Positions 49,801-64,000 are shown, counted from the first letter of the stretch. The stretch is 64,000 bases of DNA from Parasitella parasitica NRRL 2501 (GCA_025201805.1 MU619241.1:85480-149479); one strand, 5' to 3'. Program-made: numbers and translations. The notes: generated by a model from the sequence alone, not told the origin.

Positions 49801-51073
49801 CGCCTTGTGCTCGTAATACCCGTGAGTATGGTACATCACTGCGATTGTTAAAGGTATGGCATTATCCTGCTCTTGCAGACATATGCCGCATCTCGTAGCG
49901 CTATCACCGCGCTACTCTTTCTACGATTGCCTGGTATTTAATAATATTGCTAAAATAGGCTTCGCCAAATCTCCATACTTTCTAATATTACCCTAGAGCT
50001 TCTAGATCTTTTTGTTTTACATGTGGGCTTTTAATATGAAACCGTTCCGGGAAAAAATGGAGTAATATCATATACCGTATCATAGTGCAGCTTTTGATTA
50101 GAGCAATCCGATAAAGACGATCTTCATACTCCATATGCAATATCTATTTAATGATGATATCCCTTACACATATCATAGGTGCCAAAATAAGTAGCATTTC
50201 AAGATGATGTAAAATATCTCCCTCCCTAAATATTAGAAATGAGGCAAATGTTGGGTAATTAGCTTGATTATTAAGCGTGAATTTGTAAATGTTGAACACA
50301 CTTGTACCGGAAGCTAGAATGTGCTGTAGAATGTGCTGTATTATCAAAGATATTGTAAGCTACAGGCTAAGGAATTACGAGATTTTGAGTTTACATTCAA
50401 TGTTATTTATCTAATTGATTTGTCCCTAGGTATAACAAACCACATATTTTACGAACTGCTAATCTAGATCTGATAAGATATTTAGCAACCATAACCTCCC
50501 GCTCAAGAGGAGAGACATTGTGGTGTCACTCAAAATCAATTTAAAGCTCGCTCCTGGCTATCATACTTGTGTGCAGAACCTTTTTCTTTTTCTGTAAACA
50601 ATTACATCTTTGTTAGAATCACTTGTTCACTTATATCTTATTTTTTTTCTATCAAAAGGGCATGGAAAATAAAACTTTTTTTTTTGGCATCCGTGGTATG
50701 CAAATCCAACAATAAATCCAACAATAAATCTATTTATAAAGATTTTTGTTGTTCCTGGAAATTTCTTTTTTTATAGCTCGAATTTTTTTCAATGTCGAAT
50801 ACTGAACAAGGCTTTTTTTTTTTTTTTTTTTTTCAAGTAAAGGTAATTAAATAATGAGTAAAAGCGAAAGTTATTGTATACACAAATTAGTAGCTTTAAT
50901 TGGGTATGAGGGAAAGCGAAAGGTCGAGATCTTTTACCTGATGGTTGTAATTAGCACAACCTTCCCAATAAAAAAACAAAGATTGTTGGCTTTTGGGTTT
51001 AGAATATTTAAAAGCCTTGTTTTCCTCTTTGCTTTTCTTTCTTTCCTTCTCTTTTCTCTTCAACATTTACAAC

Positions 51074-52256
51074 ATGGCAAACAAGACGGATTCTGGGTAC
51101 ATGTGGTTAGGAGTGTATTTTCTTCTCAACTTGTCGCTAACCCTATACAACAAAATCATCTTGAACAATTTCAAATTTCCCTACACTTTAACAACAGTCC
51201 ACACATTATGTGGCACAATTGGCTGCTACATCCTCTATCTCTTGGGTGTGTTTGTTCCCGCAAAGTTAGGTAGCCGTGAAAACGTCATCATGGTCATGTT
51301 TTCTGTGCTTTATACTATTAATATTGCTATCAGCAATGTATCATTGTAAGTTGCATCCTCTCTATGCAATCATAAACTAATGTACTGTGTATCGAATAGA
51401 AATCTTGTGTCTGTACCAGTAAAGTATACATAAACCCAAAAAGCACCACATTTCAACTAACATCTATAAATAGTTCCATCAAGTTGTCCGTGCAATGACA
51501 CCTGTATTCACTGTGATCATATCCATTTTATTCCTCAAGAAATCATATCCAAACCAAATCTATTTGTCGCTGTTACCTGTAAGTGTTTGCTGTGGTGCAG
51601 AGATTTCTGTATTAACCTTAATTAATAAGGTTGTTCTTGGCGTCGGATTTGCTACTCGTGATGAGTACTCATTTACTTATACGGGATTTTTCCTCACAGT
51701 ACTGGGCGCAGTGCTAGCTTCGATCAAAACAGTTGTAACAAATCGTGTTCAGGTGGGCAGGCTCAAGCTGAACCCTCTCGATCTACTATTTCGCATGTCT
51801 CCACTTGCATTCATTCAATGCCTTGTTTATGCATACATCACTGGCGAATTACAAAGCGTAAGAGAATTTGCTGAGGAAAGCATGACCATGAACTTGGCTT
51901 TTGGTTTATTGTTGAATGGTCTCATCGCATTTGCATTGAACATCGTCAGTTTTACAGCAAACAAAAAGACAAGTGCCCTTACAATGACTGTAGCTGGAAA
52001 TGTAAAACAGGTGTTATCTATTGTACTGTCGGTCGTATTATTCGATTACCTCATTACTACAACAAATGCGTTTGGCATAATTCTTACATTGGTGGGCGGT
52101 GCATGGTACGGACATGTGGAGCTAAGCTTAAAGAGAAACACTACCCAACAATCAGTGTTACCAACCACCGCCAAGTATGACGATAAATATGAACAAAAGA
52201 CCTCTTTACTTCATGAGTCACAATCCATGTCAGAAAAGAGAGAAGTTGTAGTTTAG
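51074..52256 (+). CDS. Triose-phosphate transporter (TPT)/nucleotide-sugar transporter family protein; includes a 19-nt micro-exon 51400-51418
   Basis: LNLSLTLYNK, FKFPYTLTTVH, NIAISNVSL|NLVSVP|FHQVVRAMTP, LNPLDLLFRMSPLA, ANKKTSALTMTVAGNVKQ. Confidence 0.92.
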
Positions 52257-52492
52257 TAGACGGATTCATCTTTTGTGTATATTGTATATTTAGTAATAAA
52301 TAATAAAAAGCCCACATTTTCAGATGTAACATTAATGGACTATTGTAATAAATAAGTGTTTGCCAAATCTCATCATTTTTTATTATTTTCCTATTAATAT
52401 TTCTTCACTATATCAAGGGATCACATCCAAGTTCGTTATATCGCATGAATCGACAGAGTAAATCCACGACATTTAGTCTTGATAAAAAGTGC

Positions 52493-52530
52493 ATGTTACA
52501 CTATGTTACACTATGTTACATTATGTTGCA
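52493..52530. repeat. Short tandem repeat (ATGTTACACT) x~3.8
   Basis: ATGTTACACT ATGTTACACT ATGTTACATT ATGTTGCA. Confidence 0.8.
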
Positions 52531-55500
52531 TTTGTAATTGTTTGTTTATTTAGGCTATTTATCTTCTAGATAGGGTATCAAGTCATTGGGCATGGCTGAG
52601 TCTATCAAAGTCATTGATCTGCCATAATTGTAGATAGGAGATCATGGTAATGTACTTGAAATGTTTTACGCTTGTGTAAACTGGAGAATAAAGTCTTTCT
52701 TTCACATTAAGAAGGTTATTCCTGTAGCACAGATCTGTGCACCAGAATAAAGGTTAAGGGCACTGTCAGATCAAAGACGCGTCGCGCTTGTTGTATAACC
52801 ATACATCGTACCCTGTCAAGTAGGTTGATACTGGGAATTAATCTTGTCAATTAGTAATCTAAATAAGTTACCATAAATTTATGTACAGTCTTTTTATGGT
52901 TACTGGGAAAAAAAAAAGTAAGTAAATCATAAATGCTACAGTGTTAGTGATAATATATTATTGTTTCTGATAACAGACCTTTTATTTTTGATTAAAGCTG
53001 AGAGGTTTCTGAGAAAAGATATATGTCTTACTAAGAATATTTCAAGTAGGTACAAGAAGTATTAAATACAACTACATTTTTAGTTTCCATTTTACATAAA
53101 AATGCCCAAGAATAGGGAACATTATATTTTTGATCAAACAGCCATTGTGCAGGAGCAATAGGTATTTTTAAATGAATGAACAATCACGAACGGGCCACAA
53201 TACATAATTGTTTGAATTTCATAATATATAAATGTTGATAAGTTATTTCAGATATATTCGTTAGATACTAGTATCTAAATAAGCTCAAATATTTAGGCAA
53301 GTCTATAGAGCTGCAAAGATATTTAAAGTAAATTATAAAACCATCAAGATATTAAGCTATCAAAGTGCATATACTAGTAAGGCATCAAGTTGTATGTATC
53401 GGTCAAATTATGCATTTACATTATGGCAGTTTTGTCCCCGGATCTAAGCCAACCATTTTATTCTATTTCTCCTTCAATTATTTATCTTTTCAAAAATCAT
53501 AGCACATTCAAGCAAAGGACAACCTCTACTTTTATAACTTCACACTATCATTTTATGTTAAATCTGTTGAGTAAGTCAGGATATCCAATATTAAGGAAAG
53601 AATATACAGTTAGGGCTCGTTTTAAAGGACGGATTGGTGTACAAAAATGTGCTTGGTATAACGAGTTATACCCTATTCAGGATGTAATACTTTACAGCAC
53701 AGTGCCTGGAACCTGGAATCTACCAGAAGCTTATTATGACGCTTAAATTTTGTGAGTAAAATTACCCTCGACCTCAATTCTAACCTCTAGTCTACTTTCT
53801 ATTCTACATGTTTAGCATTAGAATCACAAAAAAAGGGACCTTTGAATTTGCGTTGAGCATTATTATAGGTAAAAATGGTAATAGGGCTTCTCTGTCAGCA
53901 GCAATTAGCAACTTTTGTGAATTATTCACAAATATCAAGGGGTCATTACAGCAAAACATTTATTCGTTAATTATTCTCTTCCGCTTCCAACTCGATGAGC
54001 CACACCTGTTTTATCATTTCACTACGAAAGAAGGTATACTTGTCGTATCAGAAATACTTACTTTATAGAGCTATGTCATGTACCAGAATTGATATTAACG
54101 TGATACGATCTCCAGATAGATGTTTTTTACAGCTTAAAAGTAAAAGTTTTACCTTCGTATGCCATTTTTGATTGATTTTGATAATTAAAAGTGCTCTAAA
54201 AACGCCAGAAATAGTATCCATTGGGAAAGAACTATATTATAGATGATTTTGGCGCAATTTGAGCATGATTTTTTTTTTTCGATGCAAAATCACAGATTTT
54301 TTCAATTTTTTTCTTGTACCCACACATCCAAAATCGTCGATTATGCATTATCCTCAATTTTGACCTCAAAAATGCAACTTTTTATTATAGTATATATTAG
54401 AGGAAAACGATGGTAAAAGATCATTCCTTGATCTGAAAGACTGGAAATACGCTCTGATTAAGCAAAATATTGACTTTTCCCTCTTGATCTGTTTTTGAGA
54501 TTTTCTAGACAGAATTCCTTCCATAAGTATACGGGAATTATGAAATGATACCAGCGTGTAGAGCACCCAAAAATACAGCTATTGTCATAGACTGACAGCC
54601 GTGGTATACATAGTATCAGAAGATGATATCTTGCCTCAAAGGAGTAATTTTGTTTCGAAATATCCAAATTGAGTTTCTGAAAGAATTTTTTCTTTCCAGA
54701 TTTTGAAAGCGTTTAATCTCCGCTATCAGAGAAAAATTGTGTTTTTTGATGAAAGTATTAGCTTTCAGATGCCGTAGCTTAACCAAATCAAGAGAAGACC
54801 AATTTCAAACTAGTTTATTCAAATGGTGTGCTTCTTAGATTTCTAATGGTAGTGCTTGAATGTCTGTACCTGGCCTGACGATCTCACGCTCCGATTTTGA
54901 AGAATAATTTTCCGAAAAAGTCAGAAAAGTCGCTACCTTCATCTGATGTCAACTTAAAAAGTACAAAAACTTGCTCTAAGCTATAAAAATATGTATTCAA
55001 AAAGTGTCTTATAGTCTAATGCATTACTTTGCATTACTTGTTTTTGTGTTTGAGATCACTAAGCATTGTTTTCTTCCAGTTTTTGACTTTTTTCTGACAA
55101 AGACAAACTGAAGTTCGCATATACCACATAAAAAAAAAAATCAGGCGCCTAAATTCTACGCTGGCTTTACAAAGACGCACAGCTTTGACCGTTCCAATAT
55201 TATGGAAAAGATAGCATAGGTTTGAATAGCTGCTCTACTGTGCAACTGGATATAGAGAACCCAGCTTGGTACTTTTCTGGCAAGACCTTCTACACTAGAA
55301 GACGCCAGATCAACAGAAGGTGTAAGTAAGTGCCAGAGAAAAGGAAACAATCAACCACCAGGATAACACACCCATTTATAAAAAATTATTTGTATAGAAA
55401 TTTATGAAATCCCAAGGACATAAATGTGGTTTTTTTCAACTTTGCTCTCTGTTCTTGAATCCAGTTAAAGGTTATTGATTCAAAATCTACAGATACACTT

Positions 55501-57009
55501 ACATCTAGAATCACAGACGTTGTTAACAGACAACCGTAACCTTTTTTTTGAAGACTACCTTAGATTTAAAGATATGGTTTAGATGACTTATTTCACAAAA
55601 AATTCTCTTTGTATTTTCACTATGAATGAAACAAAGCAATTAATCTTTTTCTCTATATATGGAAATCCCCACTTCAAATTTTTTAAGGAAGATATTTCTC
55701 TTCTCTCAGAAACTTCCTAGCTTTTATCAGAAATAACAGGTTCGTTACTGGAAACCCTTATATATATTATCACAATCACCATGACCTTTATCATTTACTT
55801 GAACTTTTTTCTTCAGAAACTGCGAAATGACAGTAATTGCAAAGAGTATAAATAGCAGTCGATGATTGATGGCGTTGCCTTGCAGATCTGCATTTCTATC
55901 TTTGCATCTTCATGTACATTTTTTGGGCGAAAATCAATCTATATCGACGTGGTTTTATGTGAATTATTTCAAAAGAGTGTGATGTAGCATAATGAGTGAT
56001 TCTTCGAATACTCTGCCAGGATCATCACATCATTAGCTTGCCGTTTGCGCTGACCAATTAAGTTGCAGGTAACCATTAAAAAAGCGTTAAATGGCATGTA
56101 ATTACCACCTTTATCTGCAGAGCTTGACTGGGCATACGAATAAAAAGGCAATTGATGATCAGAAATGAAATTTTTGCTTCCTCCGGCATATATAGCAGAA
56201 TAAACTACCAGATCAAAACAAAGCCAAGGGTAAAGTGCTTGAAAAAAATGGAAATTGAGATGATTCTGTTCAAAGTTAATGCTGCCTTGGCATTCACGAC
56301 CACTACTACTTTGACCGAAAGAATGATGCATATCTACAAGAAAGCTTTTTTGTGCAGATCGGAAAAATCTGATTTTTTTTTTTCAATTTATAGTCTAATC
56401 AAGGACAAAATAAACTTTTTAATTGCTTGTTGTAGATAAAGCAAGTTACATACACGAAATGTGCATTAAAGAAAAGTAAAATCTTAGAGGGTAGATATAT
56501 GAATAAAATCATTCCAAAAATCCATGGCCTTATGTTATCTTCTTCAATTATCGGCGTGCTCTTTTCCTTTAACACTGTCATTAGATAAATTAAATTTAAA
56601 AGCTCACAGTACAGTTAGGCTGGTGGATATTGGCAAGTAATTGACAGTTATAAAAATATAGTTGTCGAGAGACGAGATTTAATTTGTCGGTTAATGCCCG
56701 ACAACTTGTCGTTCAAATACGAATATGAAATTTGTTTTAATCTTACTGTTTCTATCTAAGAATATTATTGATAAATCAAGTATAATTTTTATTATTAAAA
56801 TATGGTCATCGATGCAATTCAGGCAAAAAAAAAGAGACCCAAGGGTAGGAGAAGAGATAAAAAATGAAACTGATCATGGTGTATGTGTAAAAAAAAAACA
56901 TAGACATTAGGTATGGGTACTAGTAGGAGGATGGCCATAAAAATGGACATTTAAGGAAGATGCTGTACATGAAGATGAATGGATATGTAAAAGTGAGAAA
57001 TTTCATATT

Positions 57010-57475
57010 CAAAGGATGATTTCTTTCGCGAGCCTCTTCTTTTTTTCAAAGTCTTCAATTTCCACCAAAATGCTTTGACGTTCCTCCATGATTTCTTTGA
57101 TTCGACTGTCCAATTCATTCAAACGAGCCTTCTTAGTTACTTATTCATCTTCAAGGAGCTGCAAACCTTCTTCAAAAACCCTAATCAATCAAGTAAATGT
57201 AATAAATATGAAATTCAGCAACATGTGTGCATTGAGCTTTGCGCTTTGCGTACCTTTTCCACCTTGCTGTGATTGTTCGCTGTGGGCTTTTTGGGTTTGG
57301 AGGTTGGGAAGATGATTCTGGAGGCTGGGAGGTTGACCCTGGAGACTGGATAATAGTTGGTGGTCGAGACATAGGCAAGAAACGCACCAAATCAACTTAG
57401 CAGTACGTTGTGACAATGTCGTTCTTGCTTGTTGCTTTCACTAAACAAACCAATTCATCAATATTCAAGCCCATG
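57010..57475 (-). pseudogene. Decayed ORF with Pro/Ser linker and coiled-coil end, next to the transposase relic
   Basis: MGLNIDELVCLVKATSKNDIVTTYC*VDLVRFLP...; after an intron-like gap, VFEEGLQLLEDE*VTKKARLNELDSRIKEIMEERQ; in-frame stops. Confidence 0.35.
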
Positions 57476-57648
57476 CAGTCTTGGGTGTTGTAGAAAACAA
57501 AGGCCATAACATGATTGGAAAAGTGTAAGAAGGCAACACTACAGCAAAGGTGAGAGAGCAATCTGTTTATTGCTTTTAATCGTTATCTTCCTCGACGCGT
57601 TGTTTTTAGCATTAGAAGTAGGGCAATCGGGGTTTTTTCTTTTAGAAT

Positions 57649-58070
57649 ATGCTGAATACTTGCAATGGCGTTTTTATCTTTAAACCACTCCCCCTAAAGT
57701 TTGACATTAAGCTAAGCACCAATGGTATTCATTTACATTTGATCAACAAAATTGCTTGCACTTTGAAAATTGCGAAGCCTTTGTTTACCAAAAGAAATGA
57801 TGAAAGCACACTTCAGAAACGAGTAGACTTTGCCTCAAGTAACATTAACTACGATAGTAATTGTATTTTTGTAGATGAATCAGGAAATTTGCCAGATCCA
57901 AGAAGGGAGAAGCAGCAAAGATAGTTCCTGGAGGTAACAATGCCAAGATCTTCTCTGATTTTTCAAAAATGTTGATCGAATCTTTGAAAGATGAACGTAC
58001 TCCTCGGTACATTATTTTGGATAATGCTCGTATTCACCATGCCACCATTGTTCAAGAACGACTGAATAAA
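57649..58070 (+). mobile_element. Tc1/IS630-family DDE transposase relic (internally deleted)
   Basis: KRNDESTLQKRVDF...NCIFVDESG (first catalytic Asp) and RYIILDNARIHH (second Asp) lie in different segments; the segment with the third catalytic residue is missing. Confidence 0.8.
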
Positions 58071-58333
58071 ATAAAGTCCAAAGAGAAAGACCTGTAGATA
58101 GCTAAAAAAAAAAAAAAAAAAAAACACATGTAGTAAAAATTTATCAATCAAGTTCAAAGGGTAATTCTGACGAAAATGAAAATTTAACCGGCAGAATTGT
58201 CCTATATCAATTGAATAATGTGTTTGCTTCCCCTGATTGAGCATTGGAATCCCGGCTATTCCTCATTGATTCGGTGCTCAAATAATCAAATTAAGACTTT
58301 TATTTCTTTTCTCTTCATAATAACATGCAAAAC

Positions 58334-61300
58334 ATGGACCTTGCACTCGATATAACATCATCATGTCGAGTACGCGTACTGCTAGTTCCCGTTTCCCCCA
58401 TCAAAAAATCAACATTTTGGCGCCATGTTGAACTTGTTCGAAAATTCAGCCTTGTTCGTCTCGGCGATGTTACGCCTGATCTTCATCAAGGTGCTAATGG
58501 TATACTAAGATCGCTGCACCTTAACAACAACAACAACAAAAAAATAAAAAAATAAAACTAATGACGATTCCTCGCCCCCCTTTTTTTTTTGTCATAGCCA
58601 AATTCAACAGCCAAGCATTTCAGGAAGGACAAATGCATTTCCAATTTGTTACGAAATACAACCAAGATCATTGCCATCTCGAAGACTTTCAGCCACATAG
58701 ACGTATTTTCGGTGTAAGTGTATTTTTTTTTCAACCCCTGAATTTGCAAATGACCGAATCTATCATAGGTTATTGGTATCATGGATTGTAGAGAATGGAA
58801 CGACAAGGATTTAAGTGAAGGATACAGAAAGTTTGTAGGCATGCTAAGTCAGGTACTATCGAGAAATTATCCATGTGCGACTATATCCATGTGCTAACGG
58901 TGCAATAAAATACAGTATCCCACAGCAGTTGCAACTAGATGCTTTGCTTTCGATCCGACTGAGAGTCAGCCAGATGACACCAAAGGGCTTGTCATGATTC
59001 CTAATGTCGGAAACATGTCATTTTATATGAGCACTATGATATGCGACTTTGCAAGCCAAATTCTGGACCAATTTGCTGCAATTGTAAGTGTTTATGATAC
59101 TGAGCTTTATGAAAAACTCAATTTAGGGTTTAGGCAGAGCGTATTGAAAGCTTGAACGTTTTAGAGTCGCCAGTTCCTTCTGGTTACATGCCTAAAAGTT
59201 TTGATGCGAGCATCATAAATAACCGATTGATACAACCTCAAACTTCCAACAGTTCACCGCAACAGCCTAGCAGAAATACTCAAGCTCTTACACCATCATC
59301 CTCCGTCTCTTCTTCCTTTCTGAAAAGAGCTTCTACCACAGCCGCAAACACACGGAAAAGTCTAGTATCAACAAATTCCCCTCCTACGCCCAAACCATCA
59401 TTATCCCGATCCATTACATTTACAGGGCCTCCAGCAGCCATTGCTGGAGATACTGGGAGAACATTGCAAAGAACACCCGGCCGTATCAAAAAGCTGTTGG
59501 GCGATTTTTATTTGTTAGCAGGTAGACTCCCAGACGCAGTGAAGCAGTGAGTTATTATTAGCGAATGAGCACAAGCAGTATCAAGTTAATTGCAATCGAT
59601 ACAATTAGTTACGACGAAGCTATTGAGATGGCACAAACTTCATACGACTATTTATGGCTTAGTAGCGCAAAGGAAGGGCTAGCATGTGCTACTATTTTAT
59701 TAGCATTTCTTCAAGCTGATGCAGGTGTAAGTAAAAGAGAAAAAATGGATGCTTTTTGTGCTCATTGAATCATACAGCACATTGTATCGAGACAAGCCTT
59801 GACAACAGAAGACGACGCAGTAGCAGATCCAACACCAACTACTACTACCGCAGCACCACCAAACGAAGAAGCCAACAAACTACCAATTATTGTCAATGAA
59901 ATAATCGAAATGTACGACGATTTGCTGCTATCATATGCTAAAGTAAACTCAACAGCCAGCATTCCCATTCCTAAGCTAATTTTTGCTGAAGCCTGTTTGA
60001 AGATTTCTCGATTTTTGATGATCATCTATTTGAATGGGGGTTGGGACAAAGATCTATTGACCAAGATTGTGCAGACACCACCATCCCAAAGTCTTTTGAA
60101 ACGAGGAGCTCAACTTGAGTCGACTTCTGATCTAGAAAAATACAAAGGGAGTGGGATAACTCGATTTTTCATTGCTAAATGGATCACCAAAGTTTGGATC
60201 ATGAATATAGACGACATGTCATTGATAGATCAAGTAAGAAAAAAAAAAAAACTTTTCAGTGTATTGAGTTGAGTGAATACTTGTATATTTTTGCAGATTA
60301 ACGTTATGACTCAAATGTCCTCAGTTTTGTCAACCATCGGCTATCATCGTAAATCGGCATGGTTCATGTATGAGACCTTGAACCGGATGACCCCATTACT
60401 GATTCAAGGCAGAGCCGCCATGGCAAGTTCTAATCCCAACAAAAAAAGCGCTGAAAAAGGCGACGACGGGATTTTGGAGGTTTTGAAAAGGATTTGTGAA
60501 GTGTATGGTATTGGCGGTAAGGCACAATGAAAATTTACATGTTTACATAAAGATAACTCAACATTGGCGGGATAGAGAGCAATGTGCAAGATGGCGGTAC
60601 TCTGCAAATATTGCAGAGCAAGTTCAACAGCCAACAGGAAAAGACAGATCATGCTGTTAAATCCAACATTGTTGGCTTTGGTTGGGCTGCATTACAAATC
60701 GACATATTGCGCGAGTGCATTGTCATTTCTGAGGCTATCCAAGGTACAGTCTACAGTTGAACTCTGGGGCTATGGAAACTAAATAAGAGCTTCACAATTA
60801 TATAGATCACGCTTCCATGTTGTATTATACCACTGTTTTGTTGAAAAACCTATATCAGCACATATCAAAAGATGAGCAAATTAGGCTTGCTTCTTCAATT
60901 CAACGTATTGTCAACATTAGTAAAAGATCAGGCCAAGTTGACAGCAATGTCAATTACTGGGGATTCAATATTGTGAAATCTATCCAACCAATCGCACCTA
61001 TACCACGAAAAACAATATTTCAGCATCCTTTATTGATTGCCAAGGCATTGGCTGCCTCTAAGGAAGGCCGCGCTAATTCTGGTGATCCATTTATTTACAA
61101 CCCGTTTGCTAAAAAGAAAGATGACAAGGTGATTTTTACATATATTTTGCAAATGACAACCAACTTACATGACAATACAGCCTCAAATTAACTTGATAAA
61201 AGACGAAGTCTGTGAATTCAAAGTGGCTTTAGCTAATCCATTTGGCTTTGATTTGGAACTTAGTAACATTGTACTCAGGTAAATATCAGATATAAAGCAA

Positions 61301-63457
61301 ATATAGCACTTTGCAGCTCTAAACGGAATGCAAATAGCACTTCCGGCATCAAGTTTTCAGCTGTTTCCACGGCAGCAACTATCCCTGCCAACGATACACT
61401 TAGTCTCAAATTAGCTGGTACGCCTTTGGAAACCGGATCTTTGATTATTCGTGGCTGCATAATCAAGATTACTGGCTTTGCAGAACAAGAGTTTATGAAT
61501 GAAAAGCAGGATGTTAAAAAAGTAGAGCAACCAAAGAACAGCAAGGATATCATACAGCAATCAATAGAATCAGAACGCTTCAAATACACGTAAGTCAAGT
61601 TCGTCATTATAAAGCTGCAGTGTTTAATCATTACTTAGTGGGCTTCAGGCATTATCTCAAAGGCCAGATCAGCGTAATTATAACCAATAAACCAAAGCGA
61701 ACAAGTATTTACATGCAGTTGTTTAATACAGGCCAAACTCCTAGTGAAAAGAAAATCATAGAGAACATACAACAAGAAGGCTTGAACGTAATAGAAGACC
61801 AACCTTTACTAAAGATCAAATCAACCTCGTTATTGCATGGCGCGGTCATGTTGTTTGAAGGGGAAATGACGCACATTTCGATCCAAGTCGAAAACATTGG
61901 CAACATTCCTGTGGATTTCCTGACGTTATCCTTCACAGACTCTACGACGGTTCACCCTAAGCCTATCAACCCAGAATTACCAACTGAAGAACAATACGAA
62001 ATTGAACTATATACCAAAGGAACTCCAGTCTTTTCTTGGGAGGGGTCAAAAGCTGATAGCAACCAAATTGGCAAAAAGATTAACCTTCCTCCAGGAGAGA
62101 ATACCGAGATCGTTGTCAATATATACGGCAAACAAGGATGGTAAGCATCACCAGATTAGTATGAGACGTCGTTAGTAATCTGCAGAATCTAGTACGGGTG
62201 GCGCTATTCATGTAGACTACGGCTATTTAGATAGAGCAATTAAAGATCAGTCAGAAAAGACATCAGAAACTACTAGCCAAGACTTGCCCACTACCTTGTA
62301 TACTAGACAGCTCTACTTGCCCATTATGATAACAGTGTATCAGAACCTGGAACCTTTGAATTGGGATGTGCTGTATCTTCGGGACAATATGTCAGTAACA
62401 GAGGCGATGGCAAATGACGCCTGTGCCAAAATAGAAAACCTGGATATCAAGCGTATTGAATCTGCTGAACAGCCGGTTGAGGAATTGCTCGTGCTAACGC
62501 AGCGAGCAAATGACAATGACGACAAAAACCCTTACTGTCTGTTGACATTAGATGTTCGAAACACTTGGACCACACCATTCGATATCGAATTTACGGTGGA
62601 CAATTCGACCGAAAAAAATGATGCCAACATAAACAACTTGCTTAGGTCAGTAGTGACTATACAACCATCATTGACCAAGAGGTAATTTCCAAACAGTTCA
62701 TGCTTCAGACATACTCAATTTCTGCACTAGAATCGTCTTGCCGCTGAAAAAACTATTCCTGACATCTGAGCAACGATTGCAGCCTATTCCCAGCTTTGAT
62801 TTAAACAAGCAGTTTGTTATATCTCAGGCACCAAAGATGGCACCAGAGCAAGAACGGGCTCGTTTACAAGTGTTTTGGTACAGAGAACAATTGCTATCAC
62901 GAGTCAAAGCTAGATGGCAGTGTAGATCGAATGGCCGTAGTGGCACCATCAGTTTACGACCCTCGTTACGTTTAACCGCTCTTCAATTGAATGTGCTTAA
63001 AAAGCAAGACATTGAATTTATAGTCGACATGTCAAAGGAAGGCGTAGAAACTACGGGACATCGTCAATTCCGATGCAGAGTCAACTCCTTTGTACATATG
63101 AATGTAAAAATTGCCAATAGACAAGGTATTTTCAACTTTGGATTAAATGAATCCGCTCAGACGCTTACTTTTTGATATATTCTAGTTCGACCTGTTAAAT
63201 TGATATTGCGAATTCAGCCTGTTCAGAGCTATAACGATGGAGCAAAGGAATACGATCTTACAGAAAAGCTTTTGATGCAAGGCGTATCACAGCTGGTACT
63301 ACCAGAAATACCGCCCAACGGCGAAATTACTCATGAAATTCCTCTGTGCTTTTTGTCGCGTGGTAAATTTGAATTTCTGTATCATGTCGAAGATATTCAC
63401 ACCAGAGAAATGTATTACGACCATGATTGGGCTTTTGTAAATGTATTTGATGAATAA
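58334..63457 (+). CDS. TRS120: TRAPPII subunit Trs120/TRAPPC9 (multi-exon)
   Basis: RVRVLLVPV, LEDFQPHRRIFG, GRIKKLLGDFYLLAGRLPDA, IGYHRKSAW, GDPFIYNPF, LANPFGFDLEL, LLHGAVMLFEGE, CFLSRGKFEF. Confidence 0.94.
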
Positions 63458-63514
63458 ACAGTTTATGTGCGTCATTTTTCTTTATATAGAAGCAAATTTG
63501 CTCGCAAGAGCTGA

Positions 63515-63517
<3 letters not shown>

Positions 63518-63549
<32 letters not shown>
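63518..63549. repeat. (GA)n microsatellite
   Basis: About 16 AG units. Confidence 0.9.
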
Positions 63550-63552
<3 letters not shown>

Positions 63553-64000
63553 AATTATAAAGTTGATCATGGCCCTGCCACAATCCCTTCGAATTTGCAT
63601 GTACGAATATGCTCTTGCCCATCAAAAAGGTACCTATGTAAAAAAAAAAAAAATCAAATACTTGTTGATAAGAGCACACAACTTCAGTTTTACGCTAATT
63701 CTGCCAAGTCGTGCTTCGTCCTATTATATTTACACGATTGTCCTCCGTTGGCCTTTCATCGTCATTTTGAAAGGTATTCTCATTATTTCAGTTGTGCCTA
63801 TGGGGCGTAGAAATATCCCTGAGTTTCGTTCAGCCTAAACAGGAAATGGACATGAGTGCCGTTAATTACTATACCTGCAAACGGGAATTGCATACTTTTT
63901 CTTCTTTAATATGGCTTTTAGAGAAACACTTTTAGAGAGATTGCGAGCCCGTGATAAAGCTGCTAATAACTTTCACGATATTATCGTTGCAAGTAAGCCA

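Noticed and set aside
49890-49925. GC-rich hairpin GTAGCGC/GCGCTAC as a Helitron 3' end (similar ones at about 43090 and 52775)
   Set aside because: No correctly spaced CTRR terminus; short palindromes are expected by chance.
47000-58300. TPT-family gene suggesting the Mucorales sex locus (tptA-sexM/P-rnhA)
   Set aside because: No HMG-box ORF was found on either side. The MPFNAFLM stretch near 56090 lacks the remaining HMG pattern, and the only helicase is MRH4-like and over 30 kb away.
1-64000. tRNA, rRNA or CRISPR arrays
   Set aside because: No cloverleaf/T-loop, rRNA-like or repeat-spacer pattern was noticed by eye.

Overview
AT-rich eukaryotic DNA with many short (about 50-70 nt) GT-AG introns. 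Gene content and style point to a Mucorales (Mucoromycota) fungus; this is an inference. About 23 intact-looking protein-coding genes can be reconstructed: SulP sulfate permease, a small GPI-type protein, Pep4-like aspartic protease, RPL6, coronin, Gon7, a Sulfotransfer_4-type protein, MRH4-like helicase, NAM8/NGR1-like RRM protein, PAF-acetylhydrolase, succinyl-CoA ligase alpha, RER1, a miniature PACT-domain protein, an unknown low-complexity protein, a tetraspanin, AIM19, an M13 peptidase homologue, an SPX-RING E3, a PPxY membrane protein, a SEL1-repeat protein, a kinase C-lobe-only protein, a TPT-family transporter and TRS120. Several of these are largely invisible in the ORF track because their exons are small. 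Intergenic DNA holds a TA-flanked MITE, degenerate foldbacks, a Tc1/IS630 relic and a PD-(D/E)xK-like relic. The most striking unexplained signal is a 558-nt intron in the RPL6 5'UTR that folds into a large multibranched RNA with sense-strand G-U pairs, a candidate autoregulatory or intronic ncRNA element. Other highlights are a hairpin-embedded poison exon in coronin, a 206-aa mini-pericentrin, a kinase with no N-lobe and an M13 pseudopeptidase. All exon structures and folds were derived by eye.
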